64,000 bases of DNA from Patescibacteria group bacterium. Lineage in GTDB: Bacteria; Patescibacteriota; Microgenomatia; UBA10105; UBA927. The DNA lies in contig JBBTWJ010000006.1 of the NCBI GenBank assembly GCA_038062895.1, forward strand, positions 48,862-112,861, given 5' to 3'. Below are positions 9,834-18,740 of this stretch, one piece after another. Positions within the stretch are counted from its first letter, which is position 1; each line of letters begins with the position of its first letter. Below the pieces are notes generated by a model. The model was not told the DNA's origin. It worked only from the letters and a program-made list of their open reading frames with translations, and ran no database searches. The translations under genes were made by a program, and so were the position numbers.

Positions 9834-10172
9834 ATGACGCAAGTAACACCTGAAGCAAAAGTCGGTTTTCAACAACCACAAATACCACAGGACGATTGGG
9901 TTGCACTAATGTATCAAGAATACGGACTTGGTTTAACTCCATCATTAGAAAAAATCGAACCAAAAGCTACAGAATTTCTCGCTGATATTAGAACCGCGCT
10001 CAAAGGAGCGGAGTTGGTATTAGGGAGACGCGTGGATGGCAGTATAGAGAAAGAACCCGATGTTTTACCAATACTGACGACTCCGGGTTTGTCTGGGACC
10101 CAGCGTTTCGGACTCTTATTAATGCAAAAAGAGATAGAAAAAGCACAAGCTACTGGTCACGCTTCCGAATAA
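9834..10172 (+). CDS. hypothetical protein (divergent from mraZ)
   Basis: ORF 9795-10172; first in-frame Met with plausible context at 9834 (MTQVTPEAK...); no recognisable domain. Confidence 0.35.
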   Translation: MTQVTPEAKVGFQQPQIPQDDWVALMYQEYGLGLTPSLEKIEPKATEFLADIRTALKGAELVLGRRVDGSIEKEPDVLPILTTPGLSGTQRFGLLLMQKEIEKAQATGHASE

Positions 10173-10252
10173 TATTGCTTCCTAACTGTTCTAGAGGTCA
10201 TATTCCCTGAAGAACTGGCTTTTCTTATCAGAAACGTTGGTAAAACAATTGA

Positions 10253-10279
10253 AGGGATCAATTTGCCTGCGGCCGCAAA
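10253..10279. repeat. degenerate half-copy of the 40-bp palindrome found at 11106-11145
   Basis: agggatcaatttgcctgcggccgcaaa matches 25/27 with agggatcaatttacttgcggccgcaat at 11106-11132; overlaps the stop codon and last codons of the PaaX-like gene. Confidence 0.6.
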
Positions 10280-11079
10280 GATTTTGACACCGATAGAAGT
10301 TGAGATTTAACGAGCGCGTTGGCTTTATCCCCCTTCCACCACGGCGGAAGAAGAGCAAACGGGAGTTGCGGATCGTCATTTAAAATCGCAAGGCAACGGA
10401 TCAATGCAAAATGATCAATGCCATCGAGTTCTTCCACGGAAGACAACCACTTTTCATATCGATCATTAAGATTTTCGAGTTTGTAGACCCGAACCAAAAG
10501 TGCCCGAAGGTCTTCCTCGCCAACTGCACCGTCTTTACCCAAATCAGAAACGATGACCGTTCCGGATAACTCTTTTTCGTCGACAAATGACCGAACAAGG
10601 TCTATAGGATTGTATGGTGTAATCCAAACCGACTCTTGTAGCATGGCACAACCAATTCTCCTAAGGAACTCCCTGAGCAGCTCCCGGTCAATCTTTCTGC
10701 TTTCGGGTATATCATAGGTCACCAAATGCATCCGTCCATCCCACGTACGCTTGTCATCGTATTGTGGAATAATCGAAGCTAGCCGCAACTTTCCTTTCCC
10801 CGTAATCTCCGGCAGCGCATTTCGCCGACGTGTCTTTATCCATCCGTTACGCCGAGCCATCTTAAGTGCATTCTTGATGACATCATAGTTAACCTGGTAT
10901 AAATAATGATCTGCTGCAATTTGCGCCCGCCACACCTGACCGGAGGTAGATTGTGGAAGACCAACTTCTCCCATATAAACTACGGTCCACAATGCCAAGT
11001 CGACGGCATGAGAAAATAATCCTTCTGCCAAGGCAAGAGCCGCTCTACTCATAGCTCTCGTAATACCTTTCTTTCTCAT
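10258..11079 (-). CDS. PaaX-like putative transcriptional regulator with Cas2-like core motif
   Basis: 273 aa; central segment HLVTYDIPESRKIDRELLREFLRRIGCAMLQESVWITP matches the Cas2/PaaX-type fold signature (VTYDI...R...LQxSVW); flanked by the palindrome and its partial copy. Confidence 0.5.
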   Translation of the reverse strand: MRKKGITRAMSRAALALAEGLFSHAVDLALWTVVYMGEVGLPQSTSGQVWRAQIAADHYLYQVNYDVIKNALKMARRNGWIKTRRRNALPEITGKGKLRLASIIPQYDDKRTWDGRMHLVTYDIPESRKIDRELLREFLRRIGCAMLQESVWITPYNPIDLVRSFVDEKELSGTVIVSDLGKDGAVGEEDLRALLVRVYKLENLNDRYEKWLSSVEELDGIDHFALIRCLAILNDDPQLPFALLPPWWKGDKANALVKSQLLSVSKSLRPQAN

Positions 11080-11105
11080 CTATTCCACAATAGCACATCA
11101 TTTCT

Positions 11106-11145
11106 TAGGGATCAATTTACTTGCGGCCGCAATTAAATTGATCCC
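11106..11145. promoter_or_regulatory. 40-bp near-perfect palindrome (candidate operator) centred on GCGGCCGC
   Basis: agggatcaattta-c-ttgcggccgcaa-t-taaattgatccct: 13-nt arms plus a 12-nt palindromic core, 38/40 symmetric; lies 27 bp upstream of the PaaX-like start and in the divergent region with the histidine phosphatase gene. Confidence 0.6.
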
Positions 11146-11171
11146 TTTAGTCTCATAGAATATCCACACAT

Positions 11172-11200
11172 AGAATATCTTCACTGCACCACGATATAAT
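11172..11200 (+). promoter_or_regulatory. candidate promoter of histidine phosphatase gene (likely leaderless)
   Basis: Perfect TATAAT at 11195-11200, only 8 nt before ATG 11209; weak -35; direct repeat catagaatat x2 at 11153-11177. Confidence 0.3.
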
Positions 11201-11208
11201 CAGGACGT

Positions 11209-11856
11209 ATGACGACAACATTTATCCTAATCCGGCACGGAGAAACGAGGTGGAATCTACAAAGAAAGTTAATGGGCGTTACCGATATCCCCCTCAACGC
11301 CACAGGAAAAAAGCAGGCGAAAGCGGTTGCCAAGCACCTAGCGTCGTATCCGCTCGACATTATCTTCACATCTCCGCTCACCCGCACACGCCAAACCGCC
11401 CGCATCATCCATAGTTTTCATCCAAACATTTCACTCATAACCAAAAACGATCTCCGAGAGCGTAACTTTGGAATAGCCGAAGGATTCGGATACCAAAACG
11501 CCAATGTCCTCTACCCGCAGCTCATTTACAACGAAACGTGGAAATATCACCATTTCCGGCCTCAAAACGGGGAATCACTTGCAGAGATAGAAAAACGTGC
11601 CGACACCTTCCTCTCATGGGTACTTAATGCATACAAAGGCAAAAAAATCGCCATTATATCTCATGGTACTTTTTTGCGTGTCCTCATCTGTCGCCTTATG
11701 GAGATTCCATTGTTAGACTTCACGAGAAACCATATGGACAATACCGCGATCACGATACTGCAACATACGACCGGCTACGGGGCTACTATCCATGTCGCTA
11801 ACGACACAGCTCATCTTCCTACTCTCGTAAAAAAGGTCGAAAAAAGAAGCAACTAG
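11209..11856 (+). CDS. histidine phosphatase family protein (phosphoglycerate mutase-like)
   Basis: 215 aa; catalytic RHGETRWN motif at N-terminus and downstream H of the His-phosphatase superfamily. Confidence 0.85.
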   Translation: MTTTFILIRHGETRWNLQRKLMGVTDIPLNATGKKQAKAVAKHLASYPLDIIFTSPLTRTRQTARIIHSFHPNISLITKNDLRERNFGIAEGFGYQNANVLYPQLIYNETWKYHHFRPQNGESLAEIEKRADTFLSWVLNAYKGKKIAIISHGTFLRVLICRLMEIPLLDFTRNHMDNTAITILQHTTGYGATIHVANDTAHLPTLVKKVEKRSN

Positions 11857-12320
11857 AGAGGGTATTCTTTTGAGAATTGGCTCTTATTACCGGAGATATT
11901 GGTAAATTCAAGAACCACAGAAACACTCTTGACTCCAGGATGAGGCCTACAGACATTACGGGAACACGTTCCCAAGTAAATATCATCCCGGATAAATGAA
12001 TCTTTCCCCGATACATCAAGCGGCTTGCTGGTCACCCCCTGCACAATTCCCTGACTGTCATAACTAAGTTCATACGCGACCGTCCGCACTTTCCCGCCAA
12101 GACCATTCACTGATAAAACAACCGTATTATCCTTCAGTTTGCTTTTGGTAAGTTCTACGACAATGGCAGGATCTAAAGTTTCCAATGTTTCTACCGGAAC
12201 CTGTTCGTCCACCACCTGTTTAACTTCTGGAGTTGGGGCAAGTGCTTTATATATCACAAATCCCGTCCCAATCAATAAAATCCCTAACGCAGCAACGGCG
12301 ATAATCATCTTATTTTTCAT
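11853..12320 (-). CDS. hypothetical membrane-anchored/secreted protein
   Basis: 155 aa; N-terminal hydrophobic segment MKNKMIIAVAALGILLIGTGFVIY then hydrophilic domain; no recognisable family. Confidence 0.45.
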   Translation of the reverse strand: MKNKMIIAVAALGILLIGTGFVIYKALAPTPEVKQVVDEQVPVETLETLDPAIVVELTKSKLKDNTVVLSVNGLGGKVRTVAYELSYDSQGIVQGVTSKPLDVSGKDSFIRDDIYLGTCSRNVCRPHPGVKSVSVVLEFTNISGNKSQFSKEYPL

Positions 12321-12334
12321 AGTACCTCCTCAAT

Positions 12335-13732
12335 CTATATCATTAACTTGCTCTCAATATATGCTTTGAGCTGCTCAATGCTCACCCGTTCCTGTTTGGT
12401 GGTATCCCGATCCCGCACCGTCACGGTGTCACTTTCCAGCGTATCATAATCGATGGTGATACACCACGGAGTACCGATCTCATCCTGTGCATAATACCGC
12501 TTCCCGATATTCCCCCGATCATCCCAGGCTGTGGATAGTTTCAATGTTAATTTCAGGTGCTTATATACCTCTTGCGCTTTCGCCGTGATCTCCGGCTTGT
12601 TGCGCACCAATGGAAAAACAGCCACCGTATATGGCGATAACCTCGGATGAAGTTTTAGATAAATACGTTCTCCCTCCTCGCGGTATGCATCAAGCAGTAA
12701 AAATAGAAACGTGCGATCGACTCCCCCAGAAGTTTCCACGATCCACGGGATAAATTTTTCTCCGGTTTCTAAATCGGTATACGTGAAATCATGACCGCTG
12801 TATTGCCCATGGCGGGATAAATCCCAATCACCTCTCCAATGGATTCCTTCTCCTTCTTTCCAGCCCATCGGGGTCTTGTACTCAATATCAAAAGCTTTCT
12901 TGGCATAATGAGCAAGCTCATCATCCCGATGCTGACGAAATCTCAAATTATCTTTATCGTTAAATAAGCTTCTGTACCAATTCATTCGTTGTTCCTTCCA
13001 ATACTCATACCATGTATCCATGGCCTTGGGATTGACAAAAAACTGCATATCCCACTGCTCAAATTCCTTGAGTCTCAACATAAATTGGGGATTAGCCACT
13101 TCATTACGAAATGCTTTTCCAATTTGGGCAATTCCAAAGGGAATCTTGGGATGCATGCTGTCTAAAACGTTTTGATAATCGAGGTAAATAGTTTGACATG
13201 CCTCGCCTTTCAAATATGCGCTTTTTTTGTCACCCTCTACCACCCCCAATGACGTTTCTACCATCAAGCTGAACTTTTTTACCTCCCCCAAAATTCCCCC
13301 ATCCGGAGCTTTTTTCCCTTTTAGTAATTTCGAATAAGCCTCAATAACACTGATCCCTTCTTTTTTTGCCGCTGCATCCGCAGACGCGAGTTCTTCTGGG
13401 GAATACATTTCTTCTATCAAGTGATCAGCGCGATACCTCTTGTTGCCCATCGGGCCACCAACGGATTCAACCATCGCATCGGCAAAGCTGCCCACATGCC
13501 CTGACGCTTCCCACACCTTCGGATGAGTAATAATTGTTCCGTCGATAGGAAAAATATTTTCGTGGTCAACCAGCATGAACTCCCAAAAGAGTTTTTTCAT
13601 GTTTTGACGCAGAAGATGCCCCATTGGTCCCATGTCATAAAATCCCGCGATCCCACCATAAATCTCCGAATTAGGATACACAAATCCCCGGCGCTTACAG
13701 AGAGAAACAATTTTTTCCATTACATTTTCCAT
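12335..13732 (-). CDS. glyQS: glycine--tRNA ligase (alpha2 dimeric class II GlyRS)
   Basis: 465 aa; SLCKRRGFVYPNSEIYGGIAGFYDMGPMG and class II aaRS motifs; downstream of glyA in same orientation. Confidence 0.9.
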   Translation of the reverse strand: MENVMEKIVSLCKRRGFVYPNSEIYGGIAGFYDMGPMGHLLRQNMKKLFWEFMLVDHENIFPIDGTIITHPKVWEASGHVGSFADAMVESVGGPMGNKRYRADHLIEEMYSPEELASADAAAKKEGISVIEAYSKLLKGKKAPDGGILGEVKKFSLMVETSLGVVEGDKKSAYLKGEACQTIYLDYQNVLDSMHPKIPFGIAQIGKAFRNEVANPQFMLRLKEFEQWDMQFFVNPKAMDTWYEYWKEQRMNWYRSLFNDKDNLRFRQHRDDELAHYAKKAFDIEYKTPMGWKEGEGIHWRGDWDLSRHGQYSGHDFTYTDLETGEKFIPWIVETSGGVDRTFLFLLLDAYREEGERIYLKLHPRLSPYTVAVFPLVRNKPEITAKAQEVYKHLKLTLKLSTAWDDRGNIGKRYYAQDEIGTPWCITIDYDTLESDTVTVRDRDTTKQERVSIEQLKAYIESKLMI

Positions 13733-13761
13733 AGTATTTCCTCCTTTTAGTTTATATGATT

Positions 13762-14997
13762 TTAAATAGAATTGAAACAGTAATGCACAGACTGATACGC
13801 GTGACGAATTTGGACCACCTCCCTTCTGATCGTTTCAGGCTTTTTTCTATGAAACAATACTGACGCTATTAGCTTGGCAACAATTCTCATTTCCTTTTCC
13901 TTCATCCCCAGGCGCGTTATTTCATTGGTTCCGATCCGAATTCCAGTCGAATTATTTTCATGGTTCCATGGTAATTGGAACGAATTGACAATAATTTGTG
14001 CCTTTTCAAGTATCCGCATTGCCTCGTTTCCTGAACACTTTGCATCAAATAATACCGTATGGCTCTGTGTAAAATTTTTGTGAGGACAAAGAACGTCAAC
14101 CCCTTGGTTATACAGCTCTTGGGCAAGCGCCTGCGCGTTTTTTATTACCTGCGTCGCGTAATCATGTCCGTACTCTTCAAACTCGGCAAGCGTTATCGCC
14201 AATCCCGCGATATGATGCGGGTGATGATTGGAAGTAAAAAGCGGCACAATTGCATGCTCAATGCTGCTGCGAAATCGTATTTTGTCATTGCAGGCAACTA
14301 ATCCATGACTGGGTGCGGACAAGGTTTTATTCGTACTCATCGAGAGTATATCAGCTCCCTCTGACAACGGATTTTGAAATGTTTGTCCTGCAATAAGTCC
14401 GGATACATGGGCGGCATCATAGATAATTTTTGTCTCTGTCTCATCACAAACTTTTCTCAGCTCCCGGAGCGGAATCGGAAAAAGAAACTCAGAAGTCCCT
14501 ACAATGATCGCGTTTGGCTTTTTTTGTCGTATAAGCATCACCGTTTTTTCCAAGTCTATGGTGTAGTCTTTTTCATCAAACGGTATCGGCTCAAGCCGTA
14601 CATCAAATAATGAAAGTATTCCTGTATTTCCATGACTGTAGTGTCCGCTGTGTTTCACTGGCAATGAAAAAATAAGATCATGAGGTTTCAGGAGTGCATA
14701 ATACGCAACCATATTTGCCACCATTCCTGAAATAGGCTGGAGATTGACATACTGAGCATGAAAAAGATTTTTTGCCGTAGTGACAGCCTCTTTTTCTATT
14801 TTGTCGTAATAGACACATCCGGGATACCATCGCTTGTTTATCTGCCCGACGGTATAACGATTCCCCAAATCTGTCGCAAGTGCCGCCTGCGCTCCCGGAC
14901 TCATAAGGTTTTCGGAAGCTATAAGATTAAGACACTCGCTCCGATACCGAGAGTGCTGATTGATATAATTCCAAATGTTGCAATGATGTTTGATCAT
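13762..14997 (-). CDS. glyA: serine hydroxymethyltransferase
   Basis: Supplied ORF extends to 15078, but that N-terminus is the T-box leader; likely start Met at 14997 (MIKHHCNIW...LNLIASENLMSPG); conserved SHMT motifs (IASEN, PLP-Lys region). Confidence 0.85.
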   Translation of the reverse strand: MIKHHCNIWNYINQHSRYRSECLNLIASENLMSPGAQAALATDLGNRYTVGQINKRWYPGCVYYDKIEKEAVTTAKNLFHAQYVNLQPISGMVANMVAYYALLKPHDLIFSLPVKHSGHYSHGNTGILSLFDVRLEPIPFDEKDYTIDLEKTVMLIRQKKPNAIIVGTSEFLFPIPLRELRKVCDETETKIIYDAAHVSGLIAGQTFQNPLSEGADILSMSTNKTLSAPSHGLVACNDKIRFRSSIEHAIVPLFTSNHHPHHIAGLAITLAEFEEYGHDYATQVIKNAQALAQELYNQGVDVLCPHKNFTQSHTVLFDAKCSGNEAMRILEKAQIIVNSFQLPWNHENNSTGIRIGTNEITRLGMKEKEMRIVAKLIASVLFHRKKPETIRREVVQIRHAYQSVHYCFNSI

Positions 14998-15000
14998 ACA

Positions 15001-15177
15001 TTTACCCACAAAAAAACCGTCCTCACACAGTACACCCGTACCATGTAGGGACGGCCTCAATAAAAGGCGCGGTTCCACCCTACTTAGTGAGACATGATAT
15101 TCCAGTCATCTCACCCACTTCATTCACTTGTGACTCCCACTTGCCAAAGATGGTACAAACGTCACTATTCAATTTTT
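15001..15177 (-). promoter_or_regulatory. T-box riboswitch-like leader, unit 1 (antiterminator/terminator immediately upstream of glyA)
   Basis: Minus strand contains AAGUAGGGUGGAACCGCGCC (15086-15067), the T-box consensus AGGGUGGNACCGCG with a UGGA bulge; GUAGGG pairs with CCCUAC to form an antiterminator; mutually exclusive terminator CCGUCC..GGACGG followed by U7 at 15054-15010, ending 12 nt before the glyA ATG; candidate Gly codon GGC at 15145-15143. Confidence 0.55.
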
Positions 15178-15320
15178 TCCACAAAAAAACCTACCACAAT
15201 TATTTGTGATAGGGATCCTGCTTCGCAGGACGGTTCCACCCTACTTCCTTGGATTATCCAAGACACTTCATTTTAAAACTTTAAGCTCCCTCATGCCATT
15301 GAGATCATCGCATTCTTTAA
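15178..15320 (-). promoter_or_regulatory. T-box riboswitch-like leader, unit 2 (tandem upstream copy)
   Basis: Second AAGUAGGGUGGAACCGUCC (15247-15229); small hairpin UCCUGC-GAA-GCAGGA; terminator CCUAUCACAA-AUAA-UUGUGGUAGG plus U7 (15214-15183); same 3' context UUUUUUUGUGG as unit 1. Confidence 0.5.
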
Positions 15321-15323
15321 ACG

Positions 15324-15352
15324 ATATTATCAATTTTAAAAACCAAAATCAA
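15324..15352 (-). promoter_or_regulatory. sigma70-like promoter for the T-box leader/glyA-glyQS operon
   Basis: Minus strand TTGATT (15352-15347), 17 nt, TAATAT (15329-15324), immediately downstream of the recO stop. Confidence 0.45.
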
Positions 15353-15363
15353 TGACCAAAATA

Positions 15364-15924
15364 TCACGCCAGTTGGGTGAGAAACTTGGGTGTGCGGAGG
15401 CGCTTCTCTATAATTTTTTCAATATATGGATCTATCCTCCCTGCTGGGATACTCTGGTCATGGGCAAGGTACCCAAGGACCCGGAGAAGTTCAAGAGCGT
15501 ACTGTTCATTTGTAACTACTGTGTCAATCTCCATAATACCGTTAAGCGTGTGTAATGCCCCAAGAAGTAGCGCATACACATCCCGGTGTTCCTGCCTCTC
15601 CGGCAAAAGAGCATCGACGAGTTCACAAACATAATACCCAGCGCTTACCCGGGTTAAACTCTCCCGAAGAGATGAAAATGTATGGATAGGAGTCGCTTCT
15701 GTCACGCTATCCCACATTTTTCCTTTGTAAAGGACGAGCGATACATGAGAAAAGACCTCCAGATGGGGAGCCCGACGGCTATGGACGCGGCGTATCCCTT
15801 TAGCGATTACTCTCATCCGACCGTATTCCTTCGTAAATATGGTGACTATACGATCCGCTTCGCCTACGTTACGTCGTTTAAGGATGATTGCATGCGTCGT
15901 GTAGACCCGGCTCAAAGGGGTCAT
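15364..15924 (-). CDS. recO: DNA repair protein RecO
   Basis: 186 aa; N-terminal OB-fold pattern THAIILKRRNVGEADRIVTIFTKEYG characteristic of RecO. Confidence 0.7.
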   Translation of the reverse strand: MTPLSRVYTTHAIILKRRNVGEADRIVTIFTKEYGRMRVIAKGIRRVHSRRAPHLEVFSHVSLVLYKGKMWDSVTEATPIHTFSSLRESLTRVSAGYYVCELVDALLPERQEHRDVYALLLGALHTLNGIMEIDTVVTNEQYALELLRVLGYLAHDQSIPAGRIDPYIEKIIEKRLRTPKFLTQLA

Positions 15925-15930
15925 AAGAGG

Positions 15931-17970
15931 TTACAACACAAGCTCTGTATCTGATGCAAGCTCAAATTTTTTCCGCTCTTTCCCGCCAAGCTTTATGGTA
16001 TATTCGTCACCATTGGTCCCAGGCTGCTTTTGAATAAGAAGCTTATATTTTCCGTCACTGGATTTCACCCCCGACGTGTACGTGAGATCCAGACGGGCGG
16101 TTCCCAACGGATTCACAATGAGGAATCCCTCAAATACCGTCTTACCCAAGCTATCGTACGTCTCCATCGTAACCGGCTTAGTATCTTTGGGGGATTGAGA
16201 TCCGCGGCTCTCCGTAAGTTTGCTGCCCATCGGCGCATAAACGCGCACCCAATTGCGAAGCGGAGCATTCAGACAAAGCCCGCCACTCTCCAGTCCGCAG
16301 TCACTACCGGGGTAGGGATTCTTATATTCAAGCGTCAGCTTCGTGGTGATAGTCCCGTCGCTACCGACCGAAACGTCCTTAACCACTTTTTCTGAAACGA
16401 ACATGTTGGATTTGGCGCCGGCCATATTACTGTTGTTGACATGGAGATAATCCCAGTCTTTTCCTTCTTCATATTTGAGGAGCGTGGCCGTCTCCGTGGC
16501 TACCATGATCCGGCCAGCCATGTTAAAGCTTTCTGCCGCTTTTTGTGCATCACTATCATGGAAATAGGCAAGCACGTGTTTTTGGTTAATCTCGGTCAGA
16601 AGCATCTGAAACAATTGTCCCCAGTACTTAGACGGAGATATGCCCAACGCTTTTTGCATAAGAGTCTGAAGGAGGACCCCTATGATGTCTTTTCTCGCGT
16701 CACGCAAGTACCCCACGGGCCTTGTCGAGTAATCCTCAAGCTCATAGACGGCCTTGGGACAATCGCAGCGCTTATCCGTATCCGCACTAAACTCCCTCCC
16801 GTAGACATGCACAGAACCTAAAATCCTGAGTGCTTCTACCAATACATGCGTATCAACAGCCCATATACCGTCAATTTTTTCTTTACCGGACACAGAATCA
16901 TAGAGCTCTTCAAATTGTTTCATGGAGAGCTTGTAATCGGGAGAAAGATTAGAATCCCTTATATTCAGGTTATATACGCCTTTATGAAACGTGGTAATTT
17001 CCCGCGGAGCGGGGAAGTTTTTTTTCTTGGCTGCATCCAGCGCGTAGATGTCATCGGCTTTTTCCAGAATCGCCTTACCTTTTACGAGACGAAATTGAGC
17101 ATATGCGGTAATGAACCCACCGGTTGCCCGTAGTTCTTTATCATTTTGAAAAAGTACGAGGTACCGTTTTTCCTCTTTGTCTCCTAAGAGCTTCGGAAGA
17201 TTTACGAGCAGTGGTTGTGCATTCACAAATAAATTCGCTGCATTTTCTATGACTTCTTTGGCTTGCACTATGGCATCCCGTACGACTGTACCTCGTACGT
17301 TCTTGGGATACCGATTGGGGTCAATAGCACCTATTTCTTTTCGAAGCGTATCGATATGCGTAGCCATTTCATTGATTTTTGGTGTAAGAGCGCTCATCGT
17401 TTTAACCGCTGTTTGGAGCCGCTCGTCAGCGGTGCCGGAAACAAACTTACTCTTGCCTTTCAAGCCCAAGAGATCCGCGTTCGGTTCCAGGGCTTCAATT
17501 GCGTTATCCCCAGCGCTTAACCCGGCAAATGCGGCGTTGATTCCATGTTCTCCGTCGGCAATATAACTGCCTAAAAAGGGAACGGATTTCAATGCAATCA
17601 TTTTTTTATATTCTTCAGATAATGCAGTTAGCTTTTGTCTTGTAATCATCAAACCCTCTTTCGCTTTGTCCAAATCCTGATTTTTTACGGCGGACCCCAA
17701 CTCGCGCCCGGCAGCGATGGTCTCCTGTGCCGCCGCAATCACGCCGCGCATCGGGAGAAGCATGATACCGATGACCGCAACCGCGATAACGACAAGACCT
17801 AAGGGAATAAAAATAAATTTCCAAGGAAAAGACCGTCTGGAGTTAGCCTGTCGCAATGAGCCGGTAGAATCGGCTTTTGGAGGGGGTACGGTATCTAACG
17901 TGATTTTTTTGAGAAAATCGGGCATACCAAGTAGTAGATTTTCGTTATTTCTTACGAAATAAAAAACCAT
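15931..17970 (-). CDS. DUF4012 domain-containing membrane-anchored protein (true start possibly Met at 17925)
   Basis: 679 aa; single N-terminal TM segment; conserved RATGGFI motif and overall architecture of DUF4012 proteins that accompany polysaccharide loci; 18-nt leader motif suggests start at 17925. Confidence 0.65.
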   Translation of the reverse strand: MVFYFVRNNENLLLGMPDFLKKITLDTVPPPKADSTGSLRQANSRRSFPWKFIFIPLGLVVIAVAVIGIMLLPMRGVIAAAQETIAAGRELGSAVKNQDLDKAKEGLMITRQKLTALSEEYKKMIALKSVPFLGSYIADGEHGINAAFAGLSAGDNAIEALEPNADLLGLKGKSKFVSGTADERLQTAVKTMSALTPKINEMATHIDTLRKEIGAIDPNRYPKNVRGTVVRDAIVQAKEVIENAANLFVNAQPLLVNLPKLLGDKEEKRYLVLFQNDKELRATGGFITAYAQFRLVKGKAILEKADDIYALDAAKKKNFPAPREITTFHKGVYNLNIRDSNLSPDYKLSMKQFEELYDSVSGKEKIDGIWAVDTHVLVEALRILGSVHVYGREFSADTDKRCDCPKAVYELEDYSTRPVGYLRDARKDIIGVLLQTLMQKALGISPSKYWGQLFQMLLTEINQKHVLAYFHDSDAQKAAESFNMAGRIMVATETATLLKYEEGKDWDYLHVNNSNMAGAKSNMFVSEKVVKDVSVGSDGTITTKLTLEYKNPYPGSDCGLESGGLCLNAPLRNWVRVYAPMGSKLTESRGSQSPKDTKPVTMETYDSLGKTVFEGFLIVNPLGTARLDLTYTSGVKSSDGKYKLLIQKQPGTNGDEYTIKLGGKERKKFELASDTELVL

Positions 17971-18058
17971 TATCCTTTCTATTAACCATAAATGAATATT
18001 CCCAGATAATCATCTCGTTCATGCGTATTTCATTCGAACGAAAATTCACTACCTGGCA
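17926..18058. repeat. inverted 18-bp repeat pair flanking the DUF4012 start region (same pair as at 32407-32584)
   Basis: ccaagtagtagattttcg (17926-17943) and gaaaattcactacctgg (18042-18058) are mutual reverse complements (2 mismatches); the right arm is identical to 32568-32584. Confidence 0.55.
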
Positions 18059-18099
18059 TAGCTAGTATTGTTCACATTTAGGAATAAATTGTCAATCTA

Positions 18100-18738
18100 T
18101 CAAACTGCACCTTTACCGGATATCATTGCCCACGGGCTTTTAAGAAGTATTCCGATATCAAACAGTATCGAACGTTTACTCACATAATCCGCATCCATTT
18201 TAATACGCTTATCAAAGTTTACTTCACTTCGCCCTGATACCTGCCAATACCCGGTGATACCGGGTTTAGCGGAAAGCACTACCGAAACCAAATTTTTGGT
18301 GTGGGGATATTTTTTTTGTTGTTGGACCAGTTCATCCTGATAATACGGTCGGGGACCTACCAAGCTCATCTCCCCTCGCAGTACATTAATAAGCTGGGGG
18401 ATCTCGTCTATGGAATGTTTTCTAATAAATTTACCAAAATGAGTAACCCGAGGGTCTTCTTTCAATTTATAACTGTTGCGTTTGTATTCAGAATAAAGTT
18501 TGGCGAATTTAGGGTCAGTCCGGAGTTTTTTGTGCGCATTGACAATCATAGAGCGAAACTTATATATCCGAAATAGACTTCCACCCTTTCCCACGCGCCG
18601 GGGTGTATCAGCAAACACTGAACCAGGGCTATCCAATTTAATTGCAATTGCCGTGACAAACGCCAAAGGAAAAAAAATAAATCCAAGAAATAAACTCCCC
18701 GCAACGTCGATTACCCGCTTCGTAAGTTGGTACCACAT
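18100..18738 (-). CDS. polyprenyl-phosphate hexose-1-phosphate transferase (small Bac_transf initiating phosphoglycosyltransferase, PglC/WbaP C-domain-like)
   Basis: 212 aa; N-terminal TM segment; motif DEIPQLINVLRGEMSLVGPRP diagnostic of bacterial sugar transferase family. Confidence 0.85.
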   Translation of the reverse strand: MWYQLTKRVIDVAGSLFLGFIFFPLAFVTAIAIKLDSPGSVFADTPRRVGKGGSLFRIYKFRSMIVNAHKKLRTDPKFAKLYSEYKRNSYKLKEDPRVTHFGKFIRKHSIDEIPQLINVLRGEMSLVGPRPYYQDELVQQQKKYPHTKNLVSVVLSAKPGITGYWQVSGRSEVNFDKRIKMDADYVSKRSILFDIGILLKSPWAMISGKGAV

Positions 18739-18740
18739 AA

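Noticed and set aside
14998-15078. N-terminal extension of glyA (MEPRLLLRPSLHGTGVLCEDGFFVGKC)
   Set aside because: This stretch is the reverse complement of the T-box terminator hairpin and U-tract, and is not SHMT-like; the conserved SHMT N-terminus starts at Met 14997.
15060-15250. Repeated ggttccaccctac segments looked like tRNA T-arm/acceptor fragments (possible tRNA gene or att-site remnants)
   Set aside because: No cloverleaf can be built (no D-arm or anticodon arm, and position 57 is a pyrimidine in the putative T-loop). On the opposite strand the same sequence is the T-box consensus AGGGUGGAACCG with flanking antiterminator/terminator stems, which explains the repeat far better.
15000-15360. 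Glycine riboswitch upstream of glyA
   Set aside because: The characteristic tandem-aptamer consensus (GGAGAG ... GCGCCGAAGGAGCAA ... CUCUCAGGCAAAAGGAC) is absent on either strand; the T-box signature fits instead.
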